From Chiloscyllium plagiosum (lineage: Eukaryota), in assembly GCF_004010195.1 (NCBI RefSeq), contig NC_057718.1, positions 105,400,493-105,464,492 of the forward strand: a stretch of 64,000 bases of DNA, read 5' to 3'. Of this stretch, positions 10,830-24,896 are shown in pieces (position 1 is the stretch's first letter; each line of letters starts with the position of its first letter). The translations under genes and the position numbers were made by a program. Below the pieces are notes generated by a model. The model did no database searches. It was not told where the DNA came from and saw only the letters and a list, made by a program, of their open reading frames with translations.

Positions 10830-12670
10830 AGGAAATGTTAAGGAGGGAGGAATTCAGTAAAATTACAATCACCAGAGCAGTGATATTGAGCAAATTGTTG
10901 GAGCTGTGTGCTGGGTCCTGGGTCCTGGTGGGTTTCATTCTGGAATCTTAAAAGAAGTGACGAGTGAGATAGTTAATGCATAGATTTTAATTTTCCAAAC
11001 TGCTCTGGATTCAGGGAGGGTGCCTTTTGGATATAAAATAACAATCATAATTCCTTTATTCAAAAGGGAGGGAACTAGAAAACAGGATTATTTTGTCCAT
11101 TTAACTTAATGTATATTCTAAGGAAAATGTTAGAAGCTGTTATTAAATATACTGTAACAGAGCACTTAAAGTTCAAGGTAACCAGACAGAGTCAACATGG
11201 TTTTGTGAAAGCGAGCTCATATTTAACCAATGTAATAGTATCATTTAAGGAAGTAACTTGAATAAAGGGGAACCAGTAGAGGTACTGTACTTGGGTTTCC
11301 AGAATGCATTTGATAAGGTGCCACATGAAAGGTTATTATGGAAAATAAAAGTTATGGTGTAGGTGGTATTTTGGCATGGATAGAAGATTGACTAACAGGA
11401 AACAAGAGGCATAAAAGATTATTTTCTGGTTGACAAGGTATATTGAATGTTGTTTCACAGGGATCAGTGCTTGATTTCAGCTATTTACAACTTGTATGGA
11501 TGAAAGGATCAAAAGCGTGTTTTCTAAATTTGCATATAATAAAACATAAGTAGGAACGTAAATTGTGAAGAGGACATGAGACTTAAAAAGTGACTTAAAT
11601 CGGTTAAGTGAGTGGACAAAGCTGACAAATGCGGTATAATGCAGAAAGAGTAAAAATGAAGCATTATTTTTAAATAGTGAGTGATTGCAGAACTCTGATT
11701 ATTAGGGTGATGTGGGTGTCCTAGTCACCCTAGTCTTACCAGACGATAGAGTTGCCTCCATTAAAGAGAAATAACTGGTGCTGGTTTAATCTGAGGGTCA
11801 CCATGCCTCCGGTGAGAGAGGTTGAGAAGGAGATTCCATCATAATAGTCTCAATCAGTGCAGGAATTGAATCTGTGCAGTTAGCATAATTATGTATCCTA
11901 AAGCAACCATCCAGTCAACTGGGCTAACTAAACCTCATACTTAAGTACAGGCCAATGATGCGATTCCATCTGGAATACTGTATACAATGTTGTCATCTTA
12001 TTTAAGAGAGGATATAAATATGTTAGAAAATAGGAACAGCAGTAGGCCGTTTAGCCCTGAGTGTGGTTGAATTGGTTCAACTTAAATTGTCTTGAATTGG
12101 CTCTGCCATTTTAGATTATTGCTTTTGTTTTCAAGCACTTTTTATCTATCACAACACCATATTCTTGTGCTTTCCCCATATCTCTTGATATATCGTTACT
12201 TGGAACAGTACAGAGAAGGTTTACGAGATTTCTACCTGGAACGAGCAATGTGTCTTTTGAGAAAAGGTTAGACAGGCTTAGCTTGTATCTGCTGAAGTTC
12301 AGAAGAGTAAGAGGCAAACTGATTGAAACATAAAATCATGAGGGGTCTTCATAGGTGAGTGTGGAAAGGATGAAAATCAGGAACAAGAAGTCACTGATTA
12401 AAAATAAAGGGTCACCCACTTAATAGAGAGATAAGGAGAATCTTTATCTGCAGATGACTGAGGGTCTTTAGAACTCTGTTTTCCAAGAGTTGGTGGAAGC
12501 AGAGTCTTGAAAATGTTTAGGTTGAAGTTAGGTAGATTCTTGATAAACAAGAGGACAAAAGGTTATTGGGATAGGTGAGAAATTGGAGTACTCCGATCAG
12601 CCATGATTTTATTGAATGACAGAGCAGGCTTAAGGACTGAGTAGTTTTTTTTTGCTCTTAATGTGTAAGT
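10830..12670 (+). mobile_element. Old, heavily decayed CR1 LINE, interrupted by a minus-strand tRNA-derived SINE (about 11725-11930) and an inverted CR1 tail (about 12030-12195)
   Basis: Relic motifs SQHGFVK, FQ.AFDKVPH, QGSVL and a CR1 3' UTR at about 12590-12660. Confidence 0.7.
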
Positions 12671-12854
12671 ATGTTCATTTGGCAGCATGCTGTGTGGAAT
12701 GTGACTGTATATTAATTTCATTCATTTGAATTGCTAGGTTATTCTGAACATCAGTGTTACAAAACTTCAATTTGTATTACCTCACTGTCTTGGATGTTGC
12801 TGAAATTCTGCAAATAGTAGTTAGCATTTCTAATAATTGTCTTGATTTGGACAG

Positions 12855-12918
12855 GTACCAGCGGTTTGAAAAAGCTTTTCTGCTGGCGATAGATATAGGT
12901 GCTCGAGATCTCTTCATG
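12855..12918 (+). CDS. WDPCP: WDPCP coding exon 3 of 8 in window
   Basis: Acceptor ttggacag, donor gtgagt. Translates (R)YQRFEKAFLLAIDIGARDLFM. 64 nt, phase 2-0. Confidence 0.96.
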
Positions 12919-14201
12919 GTGAGTCATTTCCTAAACATTTCTGTGCTGTTTGCTCGTTCCAAATCTGGTGCTATTGTTAGCATTTGTGCTTTTTAAAGCA
13001 AATTGGTGACAACTAGACTGAAGGAAAGAGATGCACACATACAGTCAGCCATTGTAGAACTGGTCAGTAGTTCTACTGTGTCCTTTTTTTTGGCTTTTTG
13101 ACAATTTCTCACTGTAGCCTTGGGCCTGTTTTGTATTTTGCAGATAGCAATCAGACATTCAGAACTTTTATCTTTTTTTAAATGGGTAATGCATGTGGAT
13201 GACACCTTTCAATCTAATGGACATGATATTTGTAATCCACTCCCAAAAAAGAAGTACAGCTGCAAGAACCAAAATACCATGGATGGAACATGCTTAGGAA
13301 TCTGAAAGCTTATGCCACTCTGACAAATTATGAAAGCTTCTGCAGGTACTTTTCATACATGAAAGTTAAAGTACAAACTCAAAGGAATTGACACTTAACA
13401 CTTCTTTTGGTCCTCCCATTTAATTAGCTACAGAAGTAAAATTAACCTGCCCAGAACATCTTGTGTGAAACCCAGCATGTGATCCTTGTTTCCAGAGATC
13501 TTGCACCACAATGCCACAGTGAGGTTGGGTGGACAAAGCACTTTGCTAAATCTCTCAGCATGTATCTTCTGGGCCAGAGCTTTGATTGTATATAAAAGCA
13601 TGAAAAGAAAAGGCCCTGTTTGGCAGGGGGAGGGGAATCTTTAAGTGCCTGCTGCTAATAAAGACATTGTAGAGGCTTTCCTGCAATTTAAAAAAAAGTT
13701 ACTGTTAATTCTTCAAATTCTCCTGTGTATCTTGGGAAAATAAGAGATTCAAGGAGAATAGGAACAAATCTTTGTTAATTGACTTTTGGTTATTTTTATA
13801 ATTATCATTCAATTTAGTGTAAAATGTTTCTGTCATCTAACTATCTGTGCTCAAAGCTACCCTCATGGCTTCCTTCTTGGAAAGTAAGCCAGCTTGCTGT
13901 TGGTATTGAAACACCACAAATTGAAAGAGTTATTTGTTTCTTAATTGCTATTTGCTTTTGCTGATTTATTCACTTTTATTACCACTTTCTCTCTAGGAGT
14001 TCTCTTGTATCACCTACATTTACACTAAAAAGATTAGGTTGAACATGTGCTGCTCAGCATCTGCCATGACATTTTAAACCTAACGTTAGAAATGACAGAT
14101 TCAGCCTGTGTGATGTGTCTTAATTTATCCCCTTTAGCTATGGCAAAGTCATAAATTTTATTCTAAGTGACATGATAGAAATTAAGGCTTGCTTTGTAGA
14201 T

Positions 14202-14432
14202 AAAGTTAAAAATCACACAACACCAGATTATAGTCCGACAGGTTAATATGGAGGCACTAGTTTTCCAGCACAGAATTGCTATAAATTCTGTGTCTTATGA
14301 TTCTGCTCCACAACCGCCTGATTAAGAAGCAGCACTTTGAAAGCTAGTGCTTCCAAATAAACCTGTTAATCTGGTGTTGTGTGATTTTTCACTGTGTCCA
14401 CCCCAGTCCAACACCGACACCTCCAAATCATG
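14202..14432. mobile_element. Penelope-derived fold-back mini-element (decayed)
   Basis: Inverted arms aaaaatcacacaacaccagatt / aatctggtgttgtgtgattttt. Decayed ctgattaag...gaaagctagtgc core. Possible 6-bp TSD gtagat. Confidence 0.7.
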
Positions 14433-16015
14433 GTAGATGAAGATTGGTCGAAAGGTGCAGGACAATATATTGTTGTCCTCCCACCTCATACAGAGAGCAA
14501 TATGTTATTATAAACATCAATTTTATTTCAGCATCTTCAAACTTAACACGGCAAATGTGAAATAGACTATTTGAAGAAAATGGATAAAGAGCAAAGGGAA
14601 CTGGGCGCCTTCATGGAACTCAAACAAACATGAAAGATAAACACTAATATGAGCCTATTTGCCTGAATAGCCTGTCTTAGGGTTGGAATTTTAGTTTTAG
14701 AACTCTAATTGTGTAGTAGGAGTGAAAGACTGCTAGGTCAGTGCAGAGATTGGAATCTCATCCATAATGTAAAGCCGATTACTTTCAGTTAGGTTGTTTC
14801 AGCCAATGACATAGGAGATTCGTTACACCATCAAAATGCAGAATGAAGGAATATTTAATTTCACTTGTTTTCCATGATTACTCTGGGCCACAAAATTGCA
14901 CTTTATAAGAGGGGGTGTTATCAGTGAATTACCTTAGTATCTATCTAATTCTGACCTCTATCCATACAAACGCAGGCATAACACAGCCAATAGTTGTCAA
15001 GGTCACTATAGCCTTGGATGTTATACCTCAAAAACTGCCCTCCAACCCAAGTTGCCATAAGACCACTAGTCAGCAGAGCACAGATATAAAGCAGGCGATT
15101 TGATGAATTGGTGGGAAGACTAAACCAGTTCATTCTCCAGTCATGGATATTTGGCAGCAGCAGTACATGAAAGTTCTATGATGACGAGAGTCCAGAGGGA
15201 TTTGCCACAATCTACTTCAGTCACAAAGATTGAGAACAATGAAACTTAAGATTGTGATTTGCCGAAGATGGATGAGGTGCTTTTGAGACAACCATACAGG
15301 TCTTAGTTATTTAACTTTGCTTATATACTTGAATACAGAGTATACAGATAGAACACATCCCTGTATATAAACAAAGAAACATGGAGTAGGAGAAGGCCAC
15401 TTAGCCCTTCAATATGATCATGATTAATCCTTTAACTCAATGCTAGGTATGTGCTTTCTCCCCATATTCATGATGCCTTTAATATCTAAAAATGGAGCTG
15501 CCTCTTTCTTGAATCTTGAAGTTGAATATGTGAATTTAACAGGGAAAAAAGAATTATAAGCTGAACCTGATGGTGCAAAACCCTTATGTAATGTAAGATA
15601 GTTTTTAGGGAAGAATCATATTGTATCGTGCATATTTGCCTAACTAGTTAGTGCATATATTTGGATTGTGGATATCTAGTGAGGTTTATAATCATCTTCT
15701 GCATTTTGTAGTTTTTATGCTGAGTTTGCTGCCTGCATTGATCTGGTTTACCAATCTTCTAACTTTTGATGCTGTCCTAAGTGGGTACTGGCCTGTAACA
15801 CTGAAAAGAATTGTCCGAGACTTTTCTCAAGTTAGGTGCTGAACAAGTGCAATGTTGATACAGTGCCTATAAAACTGCCAATATAGCAGTCAGCAAACTC
15901 AAACTTTCAGGTTTAGGCCTTTGACATTGTCCAACAAGCCAAGGACATCAAACAAATCTGTCCAGTCCACATACTCAGCAAGATGAATCTCAGAAACTGA
16001 TCATTTAGCCCACTT

Positions 16016-16316
16016 TTTAGATTAGATTCCTTAGTGTGGAAACAGGCCCTTCGGCCCAACCAGTCCACACCGACCCTTCGAGGAGTAACCCACCCAGACC
16101 CATTTCCCTCCTAACACTAACACTAGTGGGCAATTTAGCATGACCAATTCACCTGACCTGCACATCTTTCGATTGTGGGAGGAAACCGGAGCACCCGGAG
16201 AAAACCCACGCAGACATGGGGAGAATTGCAAACTCCACACAGACAGTCGCCTGAGGCTGGAATCGAACCTGGTGCTGTGAGGTAGCAGTGCTAACCACTG
16301 AGCCACCGTGCCGCCC
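16016..16316 (-). mobile_element. HE1-type V-SINE
   Basis: Full-length copy of the same family. Confidence 0.9.
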
Positions 16317-16587
16317 TCTCCACGCTGCTCTCCAGATGAGAAGGACATCTAATGTCACTTCCCCTAGCTTTTCCTTGTAACGCTGTACATTCTTCCCTTT
16401 CAGATAATAATACAATTCCCATTTGAACCAATTTCCACACACACGGGCAGAGCATTCTAAACCCTAACCATTCACTGCATGATAAAGTTTCTATTGTTTG
16501 CATTCTGAATTTGCACCATTTTTCTATGACAAACCTAAACAAGCAATTGGAAAATTATTGTATTTCAGTACTTAACATAATAATTTG

Positions 16588-17412
16588 GCGAAAGTGAGGA
16601 CTGCAAATGCTGAGATCAGAGTCAAGATTAGAATGGTGCTGGAAAAGCACAGCAGATCAGGCAGCATCCAAGGAGCAGGAAAATCGACGTTTCAGGCAAA
16701 AGCCCTTAATCAGGAAAGGGTGGAGCAGATAGGTGGGAAGGAAGATTGACAGGTGAGACAGGTCATGAGGGCGGTGCTGAGCTGGAAGGTTGGAACTGGG
16801 GTAAGGTGGGGGGAGGGGAAATGAGAAAACTGGTGAAGTTCACATTGATGCCCTGGGGTTGAAGTGTTCCGAGACGAAAGATGAGGCGTTCTTCCTCCAG
16901 GCATGAGGTGTTGAGGGAGTGGCGATGGAGGAGACCTAGGACCTGCATGTCCTCGGCAGAGTGGGAGGGGGAGTTGAAATGTTCGGCCATGGACGGTGGG
17001 TTTGGTTGGTGCGGGTGTCCCGGAGATGTTCCCTAAAGCGCTCCGCAAGAAAGCATCCGGTCTCCCCAATGTAGAGGAGACCACATCGGGAGCAACGGAT
17101 ACAATAAATGATATTGGTGGATGTGCAGGTGAAACTTTGGATGTGGAAGGCTTCTTTGAGGCCTTGGATGGAAGTGAGGGGAGAGTGTGGGAGCAGGTTT
17201 CACAATTCATGCGGTGGCAGGGGAAGGTGTCGTGAGGGGAGGGTGGGTTGTTGGGGGGGGGGGTGTGGTCAGATCCCCCTCCCATTTATCTCTCCACCCC
17301 GAAGGCTCCCTGCCTCATTCCTGATGAATGGCTTTTGCTCAAAACGTCGATTTTCCTGCTCGTCGGATGCTGCCTGACCTGCTGTGCTTTTCCAGCATCA
17401 ATGTAATCTTGA
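16588..17412 (-). mobile_element. Penelope-like element fragment with inverted terminal pseudo-LTR arms
   Basis: Minus-strand GIY-YIG C-terminus (IYCIRCSRC...YIGET; AEHFNSPSHS...EEERLIFRLGTLQPQGINV). Arms at about 16625-16716 and 17319-17412 are inverted and carry ctgatga...aaacgtcg cores. Confidence 0.85.
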
Positions 17413-17589
17413 AAAGGATTTATGTTAACACTGTCACATAGAACTTTATTGAACCTTCCTTCCTAAGTTAGCACTATTTTAGAAACTTTAGTTTTAAAAC
17501 TTGTCTTCTCCGTGTGGATTGAAGCAAAGTGTAATAAACAACATAACACATTTAGGATTTACTGATATGTTTTGGTTTGAATTCAACAG

Positions 17590-17692
17590 GACATATATTA
17601 TGTGGCTTTGGATAAGGGTGAGTTGGCACTGGCTGAAGTGGCTAAGAAGAAAGCTAATGAGATTAATGCAGAATCAATAACAGCCGAAGTTG
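17590..17692 (+). CDS. WDPCP: WDPCP coding exon 4 of 8 in window
   Basis: Acceptor attcaacag, donor gtaaga. Translates DIYYVALDKGELALAEVAKKKANEINAESITAEV (recalled human DIHYLALDKGELALAEVARKRASDIDAESITSGV). 103 nt, phase 0-1. Confidence 0.96.
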
Positions 17693-19749
17693 GTAAGAGT
17701 TAATTCTTTGTAAATGATGAGCTATTTTTATTTAGATCAAACTCATTTAAAAATGTCTCAAATATAGCTCCAGCAATATTGATCGGAGTTGGCAGTTAAT
17801 TGATTTTGAAGATTCTTGAAAAAGATTTATCTGATTTGAATTTGCAGTTGTGCACTGTATTACATTGTGAATGCTATAAACATTTATGTAGCCATCATTT
17901 AAGTTAGTAAATTTGTGTTTTATTCACTGGCTTATACCATCCTAATCTCAGTATTTAATATTATTACATTATGGGATATAAATAAAATAATTGCAATGGG
18001 AAATGCACATTGGTTAGAAGCTGAAAGTTCTTTTCAAGGATTCAAATGCTACACTTTAATAGCAAAGATCTCATGAAGTCACAACACAACTAAATTCTAC
18101 AATCTCAGCAGAACCAGAAAGGGTTTTCTTGTGATGGAATCTGTCTCCTTAATGCTAAACCCAGTTCAAGGGACTGCCTGCTTCTTCAGCACTCAACAAA
18201 ATTCACTGTGATCAATTTAAAATTGTTGCCCTTGTCTTGAAGTTTAACCTTACCACTGCAATATCACCTGATGCCAATAACACCCACTTAATATTTCTTA
18301 TCACTGAGAAAAGATCTTGTTTAAAAAAATACAATATTGTCCAGTTGTATAAACCATAAATCCACTGACTTTCCAAAACACTTCCCTTTTTCTGTGCCAG
18401 GTGAAGTTTCATTTAAGCTTTTTTCAAGACAGTAAGGGTATTTCTTTTGACAATATGTCTGTGCTGAGAAATTGGTTTAGCCCAGCTATTTGATAGGGAG
18501 CCACTACTCTTTTGAGTAATTTCAGCATTTTTTCATCCCAAACTGAAGCAGGTAGAATTATGAAATTCTTTAAGTTTATTTTAGTTCTTATTATTTAAGT
18601 AAGCTGGATAACTTTTTTAACCAAGCCACCCCCCACAATATGGATTGCATCCATTGTCCAAAACCACGCGATTGAATGAGTCTGTGACTTAACTATTGTT
18701 GTGAGTATATTTCATAGAATCATAGAATACAGAAGAGACCCTTCAGCCCATTGAGTCTGTACCACCAAAATTACGTTAAATTTACACAACTCACTTTCCA
18801 ACATTTGATCCAGAGCCTTAAATGTTATGATATTTAAAGTGCTCACCCAACTACATTTTAAAGGTTGTGAGGCTACCCAGCTCAACTATTTTACCAGGCA
18901 GTGCATTCCAGATCCCCATCACCTTCTGGGTGAAAATATTTTTCCTAAAATCCCCTCTAAACTCCTGTCTTCCACCTTTTAAAAGTGTGCCTTCTTATTG
19001 CTAATCTTATATAGGTCTGACAGGTGTCCCCTAAACCTTCTCTCCAACTTGCCAAGTTACCGTGGATCCCATGTGCTTTTACCTTTTCAGTTTCCCATGT
19101 GGGATTTGCTGAAATCTATGTAAACTACACCAACTGCATTACCCTCATCTACATTGTTGCCTTTGCCTAATCAATATCACCACCTTCTCCTTCCACTCCC
19201 TCTATGTCATGTGTAATTTCAAAAGCATTATCTTCCAGTTTGGACAATTTGTTGCATACCAGTATTTTGAGTCACACCTGTTGATCATTGCTGGTTTTAA
19301 TAGAACACTGATTCCTTCTCAATCTCCTAATACTGTAAACTCTGTGCCATAAAGGTTGCTTCCCTCTGTTGTATAAGGCTGTTGAAAGGCTGAACTCACA
19401 TCATGAGATAAGCTCCATCCACCAGGATAGAAAAGACTGTTCCGAGGAGGAACTCACGTGTTTGAGTTGTTCAACTGTTCAATCCATGAAATTAAACAAT
19501 AATATGTACTCACTCATAAGCATAGCTTGAGAACTCACAAGAGACTATCATGCAACTCTGATCTAGTGGAACTAGCCATTATGTAGTATGTAATAAACCC
19601 ATTCTGTTTAACGAGACCAAGGTTCTCTTCTGCAGAAGGCTTTCTGTGGGCATCCTTTCCACATGATATCATAACTTAGGCTAAAAGGTAAAGTCGCCCT
19701 CATCCTATTGGATTACAGGGCTGCTTTCTCACTATAGAGAGAATCGACT

Positions 19750-19990
19750 CATAGATAGGGTGAATAGCCAAGGTCTTTTTCCTAAGGTAGGGGAGTCCAA
19801 AGCTAGTGGGCATAGGTTTAAGGGGAGAAGGGAAAGATTTAAAAGGGACCTAAGGTTCAACCTTTTCACACAGAGGGTGGTGTGCATATGGAATGAACTG
19901 CCAGAGGAAGTGGTGGAGGCTGGGACAATTACAAGATTTAAAAGGCATTTAGGTGGGTACGTGAATAGGAAGGGTTTAGAGGGATATTTC
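19750..19990 (+). mobile_element. CR1 3' fragment
   Basis: ORF 19760: LFPKVGES...GHRFK...FTQRVVCIWNELPEEVVEAGT. Confidence 0.85.
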
Positions 19991-20229
19991 TCAAGGTTAA
20001 TATTCCACAGCTGTGTTACCTAGATTTTCTGATGAGGTTTGTGCATGGCCAGAGGTGACGCTCTATATATATTCCCCAGCATGACAAACATCAAAGATTG
20101 GAAGGTCATTCGTTTTGAGGTGGGGAATCAATCTGTTATTTTGAGACAAGGTTGTGCAAGTCAGTAAGCATGTAGGAACAGTTTATTTTTGAGGAGAGCA
20201 GGTCTCCCTCAAGTCTGTACTTTTTGCAT

Positions 20230-21821
20230 GAACAAAGAGCAAAGAAAGAACAAAGAAAATTTACAGCCCAGAAACAGGCCATTCGGCCCTCCAAACCTGA
20301 GCCGATCCAAATCTACTGTCTAAACCTGTCGGTCAATTCCTAAGCATCTGTATCCCTCTGCTCCCCACCTACTCATGCACCTGTCCAGATGTATCTTAAA
20401 TGAATCTACTGAGCCTGCCTCTACCACCTCTGCTGGCAACGCGTTCCAGATGCCCACCACCCTCTGTGTGAAGTACTTGCTGCGTGTATCCCCCTTAAAC
20501 TTTTCACCTCTCACCTTGAAAGCGTGACCTCTCGTTATGGAATCCTTCACCCTGGGAAAAAGCTTGTCTCTATCCACCCTGTCTATCTCCTTCATGGTTT
20601 TGTAAACGTCAGTCAGGTACCCCCTCAATCTCCTTTTTTCTAATGAAAATAAACCTACCCTACTCAACCTCTCTTCATTGCTAGCACCTTCCATACCATC
20701 CTCGTAAACCCTCTCTGCACCCTCTCCAAAGCGTCCACATCCTTTTGGTAATGTGGCGACCAGAACTGTACACAGTATTCTAAATGTGGCCGAAACAACA
20801 TCCTGTACAATTTTAACGTGACTTGCCAGCTCTTAACTCAATACCCCATCCAATGGAGGCAAACATACTGTATGCCTTCTTGACCACTCTATTCACCTGT
20901 GCAGCAACCTTCAGGGTACAATGGACACCCTGCACACCATGTGACTTCACTTTCCCCATTAGTCTACCATGGGGTTCCTTATCAAACGCCTTACTAAACG
21001 CCTTACATCAACAGCCCTTCCTTCATCTATCAACTTGGTCACTTCCTCGAAGAACGCTATTAAGTTGGTAAGGCACGATCTCCCCCGCACAAAACCATGT
21101 TGCATATCACTGATAAGCCCATTCTTTTCTAAATATAAATAAATCCCATTCCTCAGTACCCTCTCCAGCAACTTTCCCACCACTGACATCAGGCTCACTG
21201 GTCTGTAGTTACCCAGCATATCCCTACTAACCTTCTTGTACAGGGGGGACAACATGAGCAACCTTCCAGTACTCCGGCACCTCACCTGTATTTAAGAATG
21301 CCACAAAGATATCTGTCAGGGCCCCAGCTATTTCCTCTCTCGCCTCCCTCAGCAATCTGGGATAGATCCCATCCAGTCCTGGACCTTAATAACCTCTAGC
21401 CTACCCAACACATCTTCCCTACTTATGCCAACGTGATCCAGACTATTCAAACTTCTATCTCTAATCTCAAGATTCATGTTCCTCTCCTCAGTGAACACTG
21501 ATGCAAAGTAATCATTCAGAATCTCACCCATTCTCTCAGGTTTGACACACAGCATTCCTTCATTATCCTTTAGTGGACCAATCCTTTCTCTAGTTACCTG
21601 CTTGCTTCTTATATAAGAATAAAATGCTTTGGGATTCTCCTTAATTCTGCTCGCTAAAGCTATTTCATGACCCCTTTTAGCCCGCTTGATTCCTCGTTTA
21701 AGACTTCTCCTACTCTTCCGATATTCCTCCAGGGCCTGTTCTGTTCTTAGCTGCCTGAACCTTACGTACGCTTCCCTTTTCCTCTTGGCAGACCTTATGT
21801 ACGCTTCCCTTTTCCTCTTGG
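20230..21821 (-). mobile_element. CR1/HER1 LINE, 5'-truncated and internally deleted
   Basis: Minus ORFs 20320-20694, 20959-21285 (NYRPVSL...QHGFVRGRSCLTNL) and 21349-21837. Microsatellite-like tail at about 20230-20255. Confidence 0.92.
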
Positions 21822-22254
21822 AATGTAAGTCTCCCACTGAAATAGCACCTAAACAAAGTAGAAAACTGGTTTAAAAGTGCAAGCAAAACATACTGTTGTC
21901 AAGCGGAAGCAATAAAGCAGACAGTAAATAGTTGCACATGACATGGTTTGAGATTAAAGATATGGTGTCCTGTTGTGTTTACAGAGAGTACTCCCGCCCA
22001 TTTTTGCTTACAGGTTTAATCAAGCAGTAATATGATATTTGTGGTTAGCTTGGAGGACTTAAGGTGCTGTAAATGAAGGCATGTTTATAGATGTCATGAG
22101 AAGTTACAGAAAGACATTCAGGTATTGTGACTATATTTTCAAGTTATTTTGTTTTCTATTTAATAACTTACAAGTGATTTTGCAGCCATGGCTCCTGTTC
22201 CATGGCTTCATTAATTTCTCCTGTTCCTCTTAATGTACTAGAGCCTCAATGATA

Positions 22255-23100
22255 ATAGTACTTTGTTAGACAAAATTGTGTAATATGCAGCAGGAGCATA
22301 GGAATTCTTCAGGATGTAGGATTTGTAGCAGCTTCCACAACAGTAGCTGGCATAGTTCATTCACAACGTCCCACAACATCCTCAACATACAGCAATACTA
22401 CACTTTGCTCACTTGGAGGAAATAGCAACAAGGACAAAAGACTCTGACCCTCCTGTGTCTCTAACACATCCTAAGGAGCCCTTCAGCTGCAGCCTGACCA
22501 TGAGGAAGCTATTCACGTTCTTTTAGGGGTTGCTGCTGTACCTGTGTTTGCTGTCATTGCGTTGCAGCAACAGAGATGGTCACATCTGCAGTGGCTGGAT
22601 CCATCATTCACAGTTGTCAGTGCAGACCATGTATAGGGAGAAGAAGAAACAGAACAAGGTCCTTAGCAGCAAGAACAGTCACCATTTATATCCCTGAAAA
22701 GTAAAAGTTTAATATGCTGGTCCATTTGGGGACATGGAGCATTCTAACAAGAAAGGCCATGAGTTGACCCAACGTGGCATTTTGACATTGAATCTTATTC
22801 CAATGAATACATCACCAGTCATGTAGCAAAGAGACAGTAATAGAGTATAGGTACACCATGAGCATGGACTCCTTCCCCTGCAAGCGCCAATTCACCATGA
22901 AAGGCACAGTAGTGTTATATCTGTAGTTCAGGTGGACAGGGAATCAGTTCGATGCCCCTTTGCGTCCTCAAATGGCTTGCATTAGCTGTGGCCCAAAGGT
23001 GCCTCTTTTAATGTTGCATGTGATGATTTCTGCTTCACAGTGATGTCTATCTGCAATTTGCAAGGACCAGTGGCATGGTCAACATTGCTTGTGACCAACA
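22255..23100 (-). mobile_element. Degenerate PIF/Harbinger DDE transposase
   Basis: Minus-strand relics SCCILHNFV (about 22268-22294), LKG...C..DTGG (about 22450-22487) and HATG (about 23066-23077), in the order expected for Harbinger. Confidence 0.5.
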
Positions 23101-24896
23101 TTCGCACTTTATTATTTGTTACTTCACTTTACTTAAACTGTTCAGACATGTTCTGACACACCTGCAGGGCAAGGGCCTCTGGGCTCAGAGGAGCCCTCCT
23201 TCCACATAGTTCTAAAATCCATTCCTTTCATATACTGCAGGTAAAGCTTGCATTTCTGGTCATCAGGCAAACTGTGACTGTGCCATTATGGGTGGGGTCA
23301 CAGTCTTTTTCAGTTTGTAGGTTGCATTTAACAATTGGTAGATCATGGAGGGTTGCTGGGCACGTTGACTTCCTGGCTTGACCTGGTTATCAGGCCCTCC
23401 CCTGGCTGAACCTCTAAGTCCCTTAATATGTAGCACTCCCTGGACAGCCTATCTCTACTGAACACCCACATGTTCTCACCCACCTCCTCAAATTGCAAGT
23501 TCAACTTCTTCTTTGCCCCTTGAGCCATGTCACTGCAGTTTCATCATGCCCTTCGTTATGTTGCTCATGTTGAGGCAACTAGGGTGATATACACTTATTG
23601 CTAGCCCCCTCTCATTCACTATCAGGTCTTCGACTTGTACAACAATGCCTCCTTCACCATCCTTGTTCTCTCTGCTTCCTAAATCCCCAGCATTTAATCC
23701 TCTCATCCCCCCTAATATTTTCTTCCAATACCCACCCCTGGCATTAATTTTGCTAAACCACAGGACTGACCATGACCCCAGCCCCCTGACTGTCTTAAGT
23801 GGGCAGCCCCAACTGATGACTTACCAGATCTCTGACCACTCTGTCATATTCTCCATCTCATGATCCCAAATCCCTTGACCGTTTGTACCAGATCAGTGGG
23901 ATTGACTGGGCCAAACCCCACACTGCAATGAGATGGATCACTTGAGTCTGACTGTCCCAGGACAGCTGACCATACCGAGACCCTAGATTAATAATGGACA
24001 TTGCCCTTGACTCAGAATACTGGCACCCCTGACTGACAACAGCTTCCACTTGACTTATTAGGGGGCTAATCCTCTTCTATTTTGAGGTATAGCCATCTGG
24101 CTGCTGCACGTGCAGTGCATTTGCTGTGTTGTCTCAGGCAGATACGATAGTTCTGAGGTTGACTTAGTGCTAAGAAAGCAACTAGACCTGAGGTACACCT
24201 GGTCTAGCCTGTAAATTATGTGTCGTTGCAGCAGCATTCCAGAGTGCTCCAATGTCAAAAGTGTACTGAATTCCATTTTCTAAAACCTTAGGCTAGATAT
24301 TGCAGTTAACAGTGAAACATTTCTCACCACTGATTTCAAAGGCTGACAGCAAAGATCTGGCAATCTCTGAGACATGGTGTTCTAATTTCACAACATCAGG
24401 TTCTTTTGTCATGGCAATAACATTGGCAATTTATATAACGCGTTTAATGCAAGGAATTGTTTCAAGGTGCCTCACAATAGCATCTTACAACAGTGTGACA
24501 GTGAGCCATGTATGGACATATTAAGCCAGATGACCTAAAGCTCGGTCAAAATGAAAGATCTTAAGATATTTCTGAGAGGAGAAAAGTGAGTTCATGAGGC
24601 CCAAGAGGAAACTTCACCTTAAGGCCCAAGCAGCTAAAAGCATGGTCCTTAATTCTGATCAGATTAGCACAATGGAATTAAAGAATGTGGGTATTTCAGA
24701 AGCCTGTGTAATTAGGGCAGAATATGGATATAGGAAAAAGTGAGGACATGGAAGGATTTGAAACCAAGGCAAGAATTTTAAACTTAAGATGCTGTCTAAC
24801 TGGAAGCTAGTGTACATCAGTGAGCACAGGATTGATGGGGAGAGGAGGACATGCTTCAAATTAAAGCACCAGCAGTTCAGGTTTAGATGACCTCAG

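Noticed and set aside
19370..19665. Additional solo LTRs here and at about 41570-42087
   Set aside because: LTR-like composition, but I could not fix both termini with a matching TSD.
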